NCBI GenBank assembly: GCA_964019335.1
Contig: OZ025694.1
Location: 372,001 to 436,000, forward strand
DNA length: 64,000 nucleotides
Direction: 5' to 3'
Origin: Diplonema japonicum
Taxonomy: Eukaryota > Protista > Euglenozoa: Diplonemea
Shown here: in pieces, positions 1-10,911 of the stretch
How the letters are laid out: each line of letters begins with the position of its first letter
Position numbering within the stretch: the first letter of the stretch is position 1
Translations under genes and position numbers: made by a program
Notes under the pieces: model-generated
Told to the model about the DNA's origin: nothing
The model's input: the letters and a program-made list of their open reading frames with translations, nothing else
Database searches by the model: none

Positions 1-525
1 ATATTATTTTGAGAAGAAAAAAAAAAGAAATAAGGAAACGGAAAACGGAAAAACGTTTTCCTTATTTTGATGGGGGGGGCCGTTACCCTAAGAAGGGAAA
101 ACTGTGGCCGGGTTTTGGGTCAAGGTACATGGTCAAATGGCCTTCGAAAACTGGAAAAAAAAAAGAAAAAAAAAAAAACCACCTTTGCTTTTGATACCCC
201 CTCGTAGCCATTTTTCTATCCATTTCAGTTATTTTCTTGTATTTAACAAAAGTAAGCGCTTCAGCTTTCTTGTAAGAATAAGAGAAAAGATTAGCATGCA
301 TATTTACCCCGGGCCTTATACCGTGTTGTACAAATTCTGTGCCAGGAACATTCCCTTGGTGGTTGGGGTGTGTTGAAGGTAGATATTGCTAGAGGTAGGC
401 CTTGCATCCTGTTACCATAATCATCGCATACAAAATGGTAAAATATATAAAACAAACAAAAAAAAAACGAACTATTTTTAGGTGAAATATACACAAAAGA
501 AATACATGGTTTCTGGCAAATAAAT

Positions 526-3500
526 ATGCTGCCCACTCGTCTAGCTGTCTTGCTCTGGGTGCTGGCTCACGCGGGGGGGCAGGTTATAATAGGGTACAAT
601 GAGGCACCGATAAGCCTTGATATCTCTTCTACATTTGACAACCAAGGGTGGGCACGGTGCCCAGCTGGGTACGCAATGGTAGCCATTCGTCGGAGCTATT
701 GCGACAACCTGTATTGTGTTGAAGAATTTAAATGCGCACGGCCACAGGACTCCACAGGGTGGAAGAACTGCAGGAACGTCGATGTATCTTCCTCTTTCGA
801 TCGCACTGGTTGGGGTGAGTGCCCTGGAGACACCTTCCTCACTGGCTTGTGGCGCACTGGTGGCAGCTGTGATGGCCTTCTTTGCATCGAGACGATGAGC
901 TGCTGCGAGTTCGACCACCCCAACCCTTCTACTACCTCATGCCATGCGGACGCAGACTGGTACGGCTGCTTCGACAACGCGAACACCTGTTGGGTTCCCA
1001 ATGGCCGCTTCATGAAAGGGCTGTATAGGAACAGCTGCAACTCCCTGATATGCCTCGAGATGGCTAATCATCGATGCTTTCAGATCTACCCCACTCCAGC
1101 ACCCACTCCTGTCCCAACTCCTTTACCTACTCCACTACCCACTCCTTTACCTACTCCTTTACCTACTCCAGTCCCCACTCCACTACCAACTCCAGTACCA
1201 ACACCTATCCCACCTACACCATTCCCTGACACTACAGCACCTGACACCGCGATTCCCACAACTGCTCCGGACACACCAGCACCTGACACTGCAATTCCCA
1301 CAACTGCTCCGGATACACCGGCACCCGACACCGCAATTCCCACAACTGCCCCAGACACACCAGCACCTGACACAGCAATTCCCACAACTGCTCCAGACAC
1401 ACCGGCACCTGACACTGCAATTCCCACTTCTGCCCCAGACACACCAGCACCTGACACCGCGATTCCCACAACTGCCCCGGACACACCGGCACCTGATACC
1501 GCGATTCCCACAACTGCTCCGGACACACCAGCACCTGACACTGCAATTCCCACAACTGCCCCAGACACACCAGCACCTGACACTGCAATTCCTACAACTG
1601 CCCCTGACACACCGGCACCTGACACTGCAATTCCCACAACTGCCCCTGACACACCGGCACCTGATACCGCGATTCCCACAACTGCTCCGGACACACCGGC
1701 ACCTGACACTGCAATTCCCACTACTGCTCCGGACACACCAGCACCTGACACTGCAATTCCCACAACTGCCCCTGACACACCGGCACCTGACACCGCGATT
1801 CCCACAACTGCCCCTGACACACCGGCACCTGATACCGCAATTCCCACAACTGCCCCGGACACACCGGCACCTGACACTGCAATTCCCACAACTGCCCCTG
1901 ACACACCAGCACCTGACACCGCTATTCCCACAACTGCTCCAGACACACCGGCACCTGATACTGCAATTCCCACAACTGCCCCGGACACACCAGCACCTGA
2001 CACAGCAATTCCTACAACTGCCCCAGACACACCGGCACCTGACACCGCAATTCCCACTACTGCTCCGGACACACCAGCACCTGACACTGCAATTCCCACA
2101 ACTGCCCCTGACACACCGGCACCTGACACCGCGATTCCCACAACTGCCCCTGACACACCGGCACCTGATACCGCAATTCCCACAACTGCCCCGGACACAC
2201 CGGCACCTGACACTGCAATTCCCACAACTGCCCCTGACACACCAGCACCTGACACCGCTATTCCCACAACTGCTCCAGACACACCGGCACCTGATACTGC
2301 AATTCCCACAACTGCCCCGGACACACCAGCACCTGACACAGCAATTCCTACAACTGCCCCAGACACACCGGCACCTGACACCGCTATCCCAACATCGGCA
2401 CCTGATACACCAGCACCTGACACTGCAATTCCCACAACTGCCCCGGACACACCGGCACCTGACACCGCTATTCCCACTACTGCTCCGGACACACCAGCAC
2501 CTGACACTGCAATTCCCACAACTGCCCCAGACACACCAGCACCTGACACCGCTATCCCAACATCGGCACCTGATACACCAGCACCTGACACTGCAATTCC
2601 CACAACTGCCCCAGACACACCGGCACCTGATACCGCAATTCCTACAACTGCCCCAGACACACCGGCACCTGACACCGCGATTCCCACAACTGCCCCTGAC
2701 ACACCAGCACCTGACACAGCAATTCCTACAACTGCCCCTGACACACCGGCACCTGACACTGCAATTCCCACTACTGCTCCGGACACACCAGCACCTGACA
2801 CAGCAATTCCTACAACTGCCCCAGACACACCGGCACCTGACACCGCTATCCCAACATCGGCACCTGATACACCAGCACCTGACACTGCAATTCCCACAAC
2901 TGCCCCGGACACACCGGCACCTGACACCGCTATCCCAACATCGGCACCTGATACACCAGCACCTGACACTGCAATTCCCACAACTGCTCCGGACACACCA
3001 GCACCTGACACTGCAATTCCCACAACTGCCCCGGACACACCGGCACCTGATACCGCGATTCCCACAACTGCTCCAGACACACCGGCACCTGACACCGCGA
3101 TTCCCACAACTGCCCCGGACACACCAGCACCTGACACAGCAATTCCTACAACTACTCCGGACACACCGGCACCTGACACTGCTATCCCAACATCGGCACC
3201 TGATACACCGGCACCTGATACCGCAATTCCCACTACTGCTCCAGACACCCCAGCACCTGACACTGCAATTCCCACAACTGCCCCAGACACACCGGCACCT
3301 GACACTGCAATTCCCACAACTGCCCCGGACACACCAGCACCTGATACCGCGATTCCCACAACTGCTCCGGACACACCGGCACCTGACACAGCAATTCCCA
3401 CAACTGCTCCAGACACACCGGCACCTGACACCGCGATTCCCACAACTGCCCCGGACACACCAGCACCTGATACCGCAATTCCTACAACTGCCCCAGACAC

Positions 3501-6500
3501 ACCGGCACCTGACACTGCAATTCCCACAACTGCCCCCGACACACCGGCACCTGATACCGCGATTCCCACAACTGCCCCCGACACACCGGCACCTGACACC
3601 GCGATTCCCACAACTGCTCCAGACACACCAGCACCTGACACAGCAATTCCTACAACTGCCCCAGACACCCCAGCACCTGACACTGCAATCCCAACTGCTG
3701 CACCTGACACTACAGCACCGGACACCGCGATCCCTACTGTGTCACCTAACACAGTAGCTCCTGACACTGTGGTTCCTACTTCAGTACCCGATACGACAGC
3801 ACCTGACACCGCTAACCCAACATCGGCACCTGATACACCAGCACCTGATACTGCGATTCCCACAACTGCCCCTGACACTCCAGCACGTGACACTGCAGTC
3901 CCAACTGCTGCACCAAGCACTACAGCACCAGACACCTCAATCCCAACATCGGCACCTGACACTACAGCACCGGACACCGCGATCCCTTCTGTGTCACCTA
4001 ACACAATAGCTCCTGACACTGTGGTTCCTACTTCAGTACCCGATACGACAGCACCTGACACCGCGATCCCAACCTCGGCACCTGGCACCGCGATCCCTAC
4101 TGCGTCACCTAACACAATAGCTCCTGACACTGCAGTTCCTACTTCAGCACCGGACACAACAGCACCTGACACCGCAATCCCTTCCTCTGTACCTGACACA
4201 ACAGCCCCCGACACTGTGGTTCCTACTTCAGCGCCGGACACAACAGCACCTGACACTGCAACCCCAACATCGGCACCTGACACCGCAATCCCTTCCTCTG
4301 TACCTGATACAACAGCTCCCGACACCGCCACCCCAACATCGGCTCCGGACACCACAACCCCCAGCACTGCTTCCCCTACTGTTTCCCCGGACACACCGTC
4401 GCCTGACACCGCGGCACCAACACCTGCTCCCAACACACCCGCTCCCGACACCTCAGTCCCGACAACAGCACCAGATACTGTTACTCCCGCTCTCAACACT
4501 GCGATCCCAACATCGGCACCCGATACACCTTCCCCTGACACTGCGATCCCTTCTTCGGCACCCGATACTTCAGCACCTGTCACCTCGGTACCGACATCTG
4601 CCCCTGACACACTGGCACCAGGACCCGTTACCACAGCCATCCCCACTTCGGCCCCTGACACAGCAATGCCCACTTCCCAACCTGACACAGCGGCACCCGA
4701 CACAGTGGTCCCAACATCGGCCCCTGATACCTCGGCACCCAACACCGCGAATCCTACCCTTGCACCCGACACTGCAGTCCCAACATCAGTCCCCGATACA
4801 ACGACACCTGGGACACCGGCACCCGACACGGTGGTTCCAACATCTGTTCCGGATACATCTGCTCCCGACACAGCAAGCCCTACATCTTCCCCTGACACTG
4901 CGGCACCTACATCGGCACCTGACACACTGGCACCAAATACTGTTGTGCCCACCTCAGTACCAACAACAGTCCCAACGGTCAGTCCTGGAACGACACAAGT
5001 ACCGACCACAAGTCCCTTGACTTCAGTTCCAACACCTTCACCTGACACTTCGATACCTACCTCAACACCGACTCTGAGCCCTGGTACCACAGCATCCCCA
5101 AGCACTCCTTCACCTGATACGGCTTCACCCACAACGCCCCCTGACACGGCTTCCCCTGACACTTCGTCCCCTACCTCGGTACCCACTCTGGTCCCTGGAA
5201 CCACAAGCAGTCCTACTACTTCTAACCCCACAGCGTCCCCTGACACTTCTTCGCCAGATACGGCTTCACCCACAATGCCCCCTGACACGGTTTCCCCTGA
5301 CACTTCATCTCCTACCTCGGCACCTACTTTGAGCCCTGGTACCACAGCGTCTCCAAGCACTTCTTCTCCCGATACAGCTTCACCCACAACGTCCCCTGAC
5401 ACTTCGCCTCCTACCTCGGCACCTACTCTGGTCCCCGGGACCACAGCATCCCCAAGCACTCCTTCGCCTGATACAGCTTCACCCACAACGTCCCCTGCCA
5501 CGGCTTCCCCTGACACTTTGTCCCCTACCTCGGCACCTACTCTGGTCCCTGGAACCACAAGCAGTCCTACTACTTCGAACCCCACAGCGTCCCCAAGTAC
5601 TTCTTCGCCAGATACGGCTTCACCCACAACGTCCCCTGACACGGTTTCCCCTGACACCACTTCATCTCCTACTTCGGCACCTACTTTGGTCCCTGGTACC
5701 ACAGCATCCCCAAGCACTTCTTCGCCTGATACGGCTACACCCACAACGTCCCCCGACACGGCTACACCCACCTCGGCACCTACTCTGGTCCCTGGTACCA
5801 CCGTGTCCCCAAGCACTTCTTCGCCTGATACAGCTTCACCCACAACGTCCCCTGACACGGCTTCACCTGACACTTCGTCCCCTACCTCGGTGCCCACTCT
5901 GGTCCCTGGAACCACAAGCAGCCCAACCACCTCGGCACCAACCTCAACACCTACTCTGAGCCCTGGGACCACAGCATCCCCAAGCACTCCTTCGCCTGAT
6001 ACGGCTTCACCCACAATGCCCCTTGCCACGACTTCCCCTGACACTTCATCCCCTACCTCGGCACCTACTCTGGTCCCTGGTACCACAGCGTCCCCAAGCA
6101 CTTCTTCGCCTGATACAGCTTCACCCACAACGTCCCCTGACACGGCTTCACCTGACACTTCATCTCCTACCTCGGTTCCCACTCTGGTTCCTGGAACGAC
6201 AAGCAGCCCAACCACCTCGGCACCAGCCTCAACACCTACTCTGAGCCCTGGGACCACAGCATCCCCAAGCACTCCTTCGCCAGATACGGCTTCACCCATA
6301 ATGCCCCCTGCCACGGCTTCACCTGACACTTCGTCCCCTACCTCGGCACTTACTCTGGTCCCTGGAACCACAAGCAGTCCTACTACTTCTAACCCCACAG
6401 CGTCCCCAAGCACTTCTTCGCCTGATACGGCTTCACCCACAACGTCCCCTGACACGGCTTCACCTGACACTTCGTCCCCTACCTCGGCACCTACTCTGGT

Positions 6501-8784
6501 CCCTGGAACGACAAGCAGCCCACCCACCTTGGCCCCGGCCTCAACACCGACACTGAGCCCCGCGACGACTCCCTCGACTGCTTCACCTACAGGTAGTCCC
6601 ACATCTGCTCTGACAACGGCACCAGCCACAACGTCCCCCACAGGGAGCCCTGCGACACGGACGGCAGCCCCAACGCTGGCCCCGGTTCCTGGTATTACGG
6701 GGGCACCCCCCACAGGAAGCCCCCCCGCCACCACTCCCACCACCACCTCGCCGACATCAGCTCCTGTCACCTTGGGACCGACTGCTGGGACGACCGCTTC
6801 ACCAGCAGGGGGGGCTGTTCCGACCGCAATCCCCCCCACCTTAGCTCCTGGTTCTTCCCCCTCGACCCTGCCGCCTGTGACCAGCTTGCCTGCTGGGGTA
6901 ACGCTTTCCCCAACAACTACTGGAGTAACTCCTTCACCAGGAGGGACAACCACCACCACCTTCAGCCCGTCGACCCTGTCGCCTGTGACTGTGCCTGTTC
7001 CTGGGACAACCCTTCCGCCAGTGACTGCTTCCCCTGCAGGGACTACGACGAGCACCTTCAGCCCGTCGACCCTGTCCCCTGCGATCGGTGTACCCCCGAC
7101 AGCTTCCCCAGGAGGAGGAGGATCGAACCCCACATCCTCCCCCTTCATGATACCAACCTTCACCCCGCCTGTAGTCCCCACCTTCACCCCGCCTATGGTC
7201 CCTACCTTTTCTCCTCCTGCTGCACCCACCTTTACCCCTCCTTCTCCATCGGTTCCCACCTTTTCCCCAAGCACCTTGTCTCCGTCAGGGACGGGGCCAG
7301 CCACCACCGCCGCACCCTCATCGCCGGGGAGCACCTTCGAACCCAGCACCTTGTCTCCTGGCAGCACCTTCTCGCCGCCGACGACCTTGGTGCCGGGGAC
7401 GACGGAAGCTCCTGGTGGTGGTGCTGGGGGAACGACAACACTGTCTCCTGGCAGCACCTTCTCGCCGTCTACTTTGTCCCCCGGTGGCGGGACCCCCCCC
7501 GGGACCACACTAGCGCCTGGGACCACACTCGCACCTGGGACCACACTCGCACCTGGGACCACACTTTCACCTGGAACAAACACTTCGTCGTCCCCTTCAG
7601 GGGTTGGGGGGGAAACCCCTATTCCTACCTTGGGCAGCATAGAGAAGCCTCCAGCGAACGATGACGATGACGACAGCAGCTGGTTGTGGCTGCTTCTGCT
7701 TTTGTTGCTCCTCCTCCTCTGTTGCTGCCTGTTACTCTTGCTCCTCGCGTGGAGGAAGAGGAAGGCGAAGGAGCAGCAACAGCAGGGAGGGAAGTGGGAC
7801 ATGCACAGCGGGCACGTGGGGAGGGAGGACCCGATGTACGGCGAGCTGGCGTCACCACTGCATCACGAGGCGGACAACAACCCGAGGGCAGAGGACAGCT
7901 TGTATCCAGATGTGTCCCCGGGACCTTTGCTCCCCGCTTTCCTGTCACCGAATACAAACCCGAACCCGAGCAGTCCCCACGATGCGGCACACGAGCCGAA
8001 CAGGGCGGCTGGGCTTGGGTCTGCGTGGACACCTGATGCAGATGAGCCGAACAAGGCGAACGACAAGGCAGCTGGGGGTTCTGTGTGGAAACCTGATGCG
8101 GACGAGCCGAACAGGGCAAGTGATTACATTGTGGGCAGCCCGCAGACGAAGAGCCTTCCCAGCAGCGACAGCAGCAGGCCGGAGGACGCCTCGTTCGCAG
8201 AGCTCGACATCACGAAGGCCTTCCCGCCGCCACAGCTGCAGAACATATCGAGCCCGCTGAAGCGGCCGCACAGGGGGCCAAGGAGTTACGGGAGGTCGCC
8301 TGCCGTGTCGTCAGCAGCGTCGCCGTCACCCATGTCGTCTCCTTTGTCGCCACCGGTGCTGCAGAACGTGCCACCCAAGGTGCCGAAGAGGAAGACGCGG
8401 CCGATGGCGGAGCTGGCCTCGTTCGACCCTGCATGGGGGGAGGGGTCCATTGTATCTGGGCTGAGTGTCACGAAGGAACCTCTGGAGCCGTACACACCAC
8501 CATCGATCACGACAGAGGGGTCGCGGCAGACACTGCTGAACCGCAGCGGGAGGCTGACGAACCCCTTGACCCCCTCCACGAAGGGGGGAGAGGCCTCGTG
8601 GGCAAGCATGAGCGCGTTCAGCATTGGCGGGTCGAGTGGGAGGACTCCTCTGGGGCAGTACTCCACACCTTCCATCACGACAGAGGGGTCTCGGAAGACA
8701 CTGCTCTCGCGCAGCAGCAGGCGGTCCACCAAGCCGCTGGGGCCGAGTGCCGCGGAACAAGATCTGAGTGCGTTCCAAGTTTAA
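526..8784 (+). CDS. Giant type-I membrane mucin-like receptor, copy 1: signal peptide, Cys-rich three-repeat head (biomphalysin small-lobe/beta-prism-like), ~2200-aa Pro/Thr/Ser stalk, single TM, ~340-aa cytosolic tail
   Basis: 2752-aa ORF; hydrophobic N-terminus ([12 protein letters not shown]); three repeats of FD..GW..CP.G.(F/A)(L/M).G(L/I).R..C..L.C(I/L/V)E; [26 protein letters not shown] preceded by DDDDD and followed by RKRK; TTTTTAG acceptor-like site at 481. Head-domain assignment is from motif recognition only. Confidence 0.9.
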   Translation: MLPTRLAVLLWVLAHAGGQVIIGYNEAPISLDISSTFDNQGWARCPAGYAMVAIRRSYCDNLYCVEEFKCARPQDSTGWKNCRNVDVSSSFDRTGWGECPGDTFLTGLWRTGGSCDGLLCIETMSCCEFDHPNPSTTSCHADADWYGCFDNANTCWVPNGRFMKGLYRNSCNSLICLEMANHRCFQIYPTPAPTPVPTPLPTPLPTPLPTPLPTPVPTPLPTPVPTPIPPTPFPDTTAPDTAIPTTAPDTPAPDTAIPTTAPDTPAPDTAIPTTAPDTPAPDTAIPTTAPDTPAPDTAIPTSAPDTPAPDTAIPTTAPDTPAPDTAIPTTAPDTPAPDTAIPTTAPDTPAPDTAIPTTAPDTPAPDTAIPTTAPDTPAPDTAIPTTAPDTPAPDTAIPTTAPDTPAPDTAIPTTAPDTPAPDTAIPTTAPDTPAPDTAIPTTAPDTPAPDTAIPTTAPDTPAPDTAIPTTAPDTPAPDTAIPTTAPDTPAPDTAIPTTAPDTPAPDTAIPTTAPDTPAPDTAIPTTAPDTPAPDTAIPTTAPDTPAPDTAIPTTAPDTPAPDTAIPTTAPDTPAPDTAIPTTAPDTPAPDTAIPTTAPDTPAPDTAIPTTAPDTPAPDTAIPTSAPDTPAPDTAIPTTAPDTPAPDTAIPTTAPDTPAPDTAIPTTAPDTPAPDTAIPTSAPDTPAPDTAIPTTAPDTPAPDTAIPTTAPDTPAPDTAIPTTAPDTPAPDTAIPTTAPDTPAPDTAIPTTAPDTPAPDTAIPTTAPDTPAPDTAIPTSAPDTPAPDTAIPTTAPDTPAPDTAIPTSAPDTPAPDTAIPTTAPDTPAPDTAIPTTAPDTPAPDTAIPTTAPDTPAPDTAIPTTAPDTPAPDTAIPTTTPDTPAPDTAIPTSAPDTPAPDTAIPTTAPDTPAPDTAIPTTAPDTPAPDTAIPTTAPDTPAPDTAIPTTAPDTPAPDTAIPTTAPDTPAPDTAIPTTAPDTPAPDTAIPTTAPDTPAPDTAIPTTAPDTPAPDTAIPTTAPDTPAPDTAIPTTAPDTPAPDTAIPTTAPDTPAPDTAIPTAAPDTTAPDTAIPTVSPNTVAPDTVVPTSVPDTTAPDTANPTSAPDTPAPDTAIPTTAPDTPARDTAVPTAAPSTTAPDTSIPTSAPDTTAPDTAIPSVSPNTIAPDTVVPTSVPDTTAPDTAIPTSAPGTAIPTASPNTIAPDTAVPTSAPDTTAPDTAIPSSVPDTTAPDTVVPTSAPDTTAPDTATPTSAPDTAIPSSVPDTTAPDTATPTSAPDTTTPSTASPTVSPDTPSPDTAAPTPAPNTPAPDTSVPTTAPDTVTPALNTAIPTSAPDTPSPDTAIPSSAPDTSAPVTSVPTSAPDTLAPGPVTTAIPTSAPDTAMPTSQPDTAAPDTVVPTSAPDTSAPNTANPTLAPDTAVPTSVPDTTTPGTPAPDTVVPTSVPDTSAPDTASPTSSPDTAAPTSAPDTLAPNTVVPTSVPTTVPTVSPGTTQVPTTSPLTSVPTPSPDTSIPTSTPTLSPGTTASPSTPSPDTASPTTPPDTASPDTSSPTSVPTLVPGTTSSPTTSNPTASPDTSSPDTASPTMPPDTVSPDTSSPTSAPTLSPGTTASPSTSSPDTASPTTSPDTSPPTSAPTLVPGTTASPSTPSPDTASPTTSPATASPDTLSPTSAPTLVPGTTSSPTTSNPTASPSTSSPDTASPTTSPDTVSPDTTSSPTSAPTLVPGTTASPSTSSPDTATPTTSPDTATPTSAPTLVPGTTVSPSTSSPDTASPTTSPDTASPDTSSPTSVPTLVPGTTSSPTTSAPTSTPTLSPGTTASPSTPSPDTASPTMPLATTSPDTSSPTSAPTLVPGTTASPSTSSPDTASPTTSPDTASPDTSSPTSVPTLVPGTTSSPTTSAPASTPTLSPGTTASPSTPSPDTASPIMPPATASPDTSSPTSALTLVPGTTSSPTTSNPTASPSTSSPDTASPTTSPDTASPDTSSPTSAPTLVPGTTSSPPTLAPASTPTLSPATTPSTASPTGSPTSALTTAPATTSPTGSPATRTAAPTLAPVPGITGAPPTGSPPATTPTTTSPTSAPVTLGPTAGTTASPAGGAVPTAIPPTLAPGSSPSTLPPVTSLPAGVTLSPTTTGVTPSPGGTTTTTFSPSTLSPVTVPVPGTTLPPVTASPAGTTTSTFSPSTLSPAIGVPPTASPGGGGSNPTSSPFMIPTFTPPVVPTFTPPMVPTFSPPAAPTFTPPSPSVPTFSPSTLSPSGTGPATTAAPSSPGSTFEPSTLSPGSTFSPPTTLVPGTTEAPGGGAGGTTTLSPGSTFSPSTLSPGGGTPPGTTLAPGTTLAPGTTLAPGTTLSPGTNTSSSPSGVGGETPIPTLGSIEKPPANDDDDDSSWLWLLLLLLLLLLCCCLLLLLLAWRKRKAKEQQQQGGKWDMHSGHVGREDPMYGELASPLHHEADNNPRAEDSLYPDVSPGPLLPAFLSPNTNPNPSSPHDAAHEPNRAAGLGSAWTPDADEPNKANDKAAGGSVWKPDADEPNRASDYIVGSPQTKSLPSSDSSRPEDASFAELDITKAFPPPQLQNISSPLKRPHRGPRSYGRSPAVSSAASPSPMSSPLSPPVLQNVPPKVPKRKTRPMAELASFDPAWGEGSIVSGLSVTKEPLEPYTPPSITTEGSRQTLLNRSGRLTNPLTPSTKGGEASWASMSAFSIGGSSGRTPLGQYSTPSITTEGSRKTLLSRSSRRSTKPLGPSAAEQDLSAFQV
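1261..3696 (+). repeat. 42-nt coding tandem array, 58 units of (T/S)[13 protein letters not shown]
   Basis: Unit phase 1261 to 3697 = 58 x 42 nt; includes an exact 336-nt (8-unit) block duplication around 1717-2384. Confidence 0.95.
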
Positions 8785-9062
8785 AAGCTCGTAAAAGGTT
8801 TCTTATTTTATTTCTGTTAAATGGGCGGAACTTAAAGTTTACGTATGCCCTTTTATTTTATTTTTTTTTGTCCGCTCTCCTCCCCACTCCCTACCCTTTC
8901 CCCTAAGCCTCAATGAAATACCTCACTACCTACTGTTCGCCCAGTATCGGTCTTTTTTGTTTCCTACATTTGAGAGCAACCTCCTTGTAAGGTGCCCTCT
9001 GTGTAGTATGGTGCTGATGCGTCTTTTTGTTTTTCATATTTCTTCCCCCCCCCTTTTTTTTT

Positions 9063-9103
9063 GGATGAGAACAAGGGTCTCACGAAGTCCCCTTCTCATA
9101 TAC
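9063..9103 (+). mobile_element. Short 3'-end remnant of LINE family 2
   Basis: GGATGAGAACAAGGGTCTCACGAAG...CTCATATA matches the terminus of 33556-33955; sits between T tracts. Confidence 0.6.
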
Positions 9104-9968
9104 CCTTTTTTTTTTTAAAACTGTTTGGTGCCGTTTCACCCCTCCAACTTGCGTGGTTTTGCTGTCTGAGTGGTTACTCTGTTTGGAGTAAACAATGGGT
9201 TGAGAAGTTCGCAAATCGCGGCCCAACCCGCATTAAAAAAAAAAAAAGAAAAAAAGAAAAAAGAACCGACAGACAGCCGATAAGAAGGGGGGGGTGGGGG
9301 GGGGAAGGAAATAAATAGTTCAGTAGTTCTCCCTCTCTTCCCTTTTCCGTTCTCCTTTCCCTAGGGATCTTTCCCTTTCGTTCTGTTTACCCAATAGCTG
9401 AATTTGATATATTTATTTTTTTGTCTACGTTTATTTACTTATTTTCTTTTTTAATGCTACCATTAAGATGTAACAAACCTTTTACCTTCTCGTTGCCTTT
9501 CTATTCAAAAGTGTGTTTTTTCTTTTTTTTTTTTTCCCTTCTTCTTTTGCTGTTTTAACCCTTGTCAGAAGAAAACAAGTTTTTCTTCGTTTGTCTTTGG
9601 TGTCCCTCCTCTTCTCTTTGTTTTTCTCTCTTTTTTTTTTTTTTTTTTTTGACAAATTCGTGACTTTGTAACAAAGGAAACCTGAGCTGGAGAGTCCTCG
9701 AATGATTGGTACGGCATGTCCTGTGCCCAAAAAAGAAAAAAGAAAAAAGAAATGACAACTTCTTTTCTACCTAAAAAAGAATATTAAACCGTGGTGAGTT
9801 AGTTGCTTGAAGCTGACCCTGTGATATCGTGAGGTCTATAGAAAAGGGGGAAAAAAAAGGGGGGGGGGGTAAATGAAGAAATAAAGGGAAGGAAGGTTAC
9901 AAGATTCTTTTTAAAATCGTGGGGGTGGGGGACATTCCCACCTCCTCTTTTTCTTTTTCTTTTTCTTC

Positions 9969-9999
<31 letters not shown>

Positions 10000-10134
10000 T
10001 CAAAAAAAAAAAAAGAGAGTCCGTGAAGAAAATAAAAAATTGTGTTTGAGGAAAAAAACAGTTTTTTTTTTTGTTTTTGTTTTTTGTTCCTCAGTCTATC
10101 TACAATCGAGCCGTTCTTTTTTTTTTTTTTTTTT

Positions 10135-10314
10135 GTGCAGGTTGCCGCCGCCAACAACACCGGCCTCCTTTAACTCTTACATATTATATTTTGGAAGATA
10201 TAAACGTCAGGCACTACTGTGGGTAGCAGGGAACGACCCCAAAAGGGGAGCATCATCAGGTAGGCACGCCACCGCGGCGAGCCGTTGCTAACCACTTCGT
10301 TCCTATCATAGTGA
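10135..10314 (+). mobile_element. Two abutting retroposon 3' ends (family E 10135-10186; family B 10187-10314)
   Basis: GTGCAGG..GCCGCCAACACCGGCCTCCTTTAACTC recurs at 34303-34345; CCGTTGCTAACCACTTCGTTCCTATCATAGTGA recurs at 10438, 33144, 57537, 58071; followed by poly-T. Confidence 0.65.
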
Positions 10315-10545
10315 TTTTTTTTTTTTTTTTTTTGATGCGCAGCAGTAGACACTCCCCGACAGAGCCTGCAACGGGCAGTACGAGGAGCACAAAAAAAAAA
10401 AAAAAAATTGCAAAAGATTTCTTTTTCCTTTTTTTTTTGTAACCACTTCATTTCCTATCATAGCGAAATTCTTGCTTTTCCCATGTATCAATAGGCCTAC
10501 CCACCCCTTCTTTTTCTTCTTCTTTTTTTTTTCTCTCCTTTTTTT

Positions 10546-10670
10546 GCATGAATAAAAAACAATATACTGACAATGAATTGTTACTGCTAAAAAGAGTAGT
10601 GGTAGCATTGTTGGGCTTATTCTTCTACAGGTTAACCCCCGGCTGTGCACAAACAAAAAATCAACTCTTT
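10546..10670 (+). mobile_element. Dispersed repeat family C (T-tract-terminated)
   Basis: Near-identical copy at 52700-52830 (GCTAAAAAGAGTAGTGGTAGCATTGTTGGGCTTAT..TTCTACAGGTTAACCCCCGGCTGTGCACAAAC); diverged partial at ~14417-14480. Confidence 0.7.
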
Positions 10671-10911
10671 TTGGCCCTGTCCGTGGTCAATTATTTGTTG
10701 ACCGCAAAGAAGCACACGAATGAAAAAAGAAAAAAGAAGAAAAAAAAAGAAAACTGCAAAAGAAAAAGGAAATAAAGAAAAAGCTCCCCCCCCTTGTCTA
10801 AACAATAGAGGAACGTTTGGTAAACATGTGTTTGCAGGTTAAAGCCTTCTAAAGGTTATTACGCACAAACAAACGGCCACTTTTTTTTTTTTTTTTTTTT
10901 TTTTCTAAATA

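Noticed and set aside
1086-7802. 2238-aa minus-strand ORF (also 15674-22066, 54226-56445, 54345-54929)
   Set aside because: Antisense shadows of Pro/Thr/Ala-rich or GC-rich coding repeats; no independent domain, and the + strand has signal peptide and TM logic.
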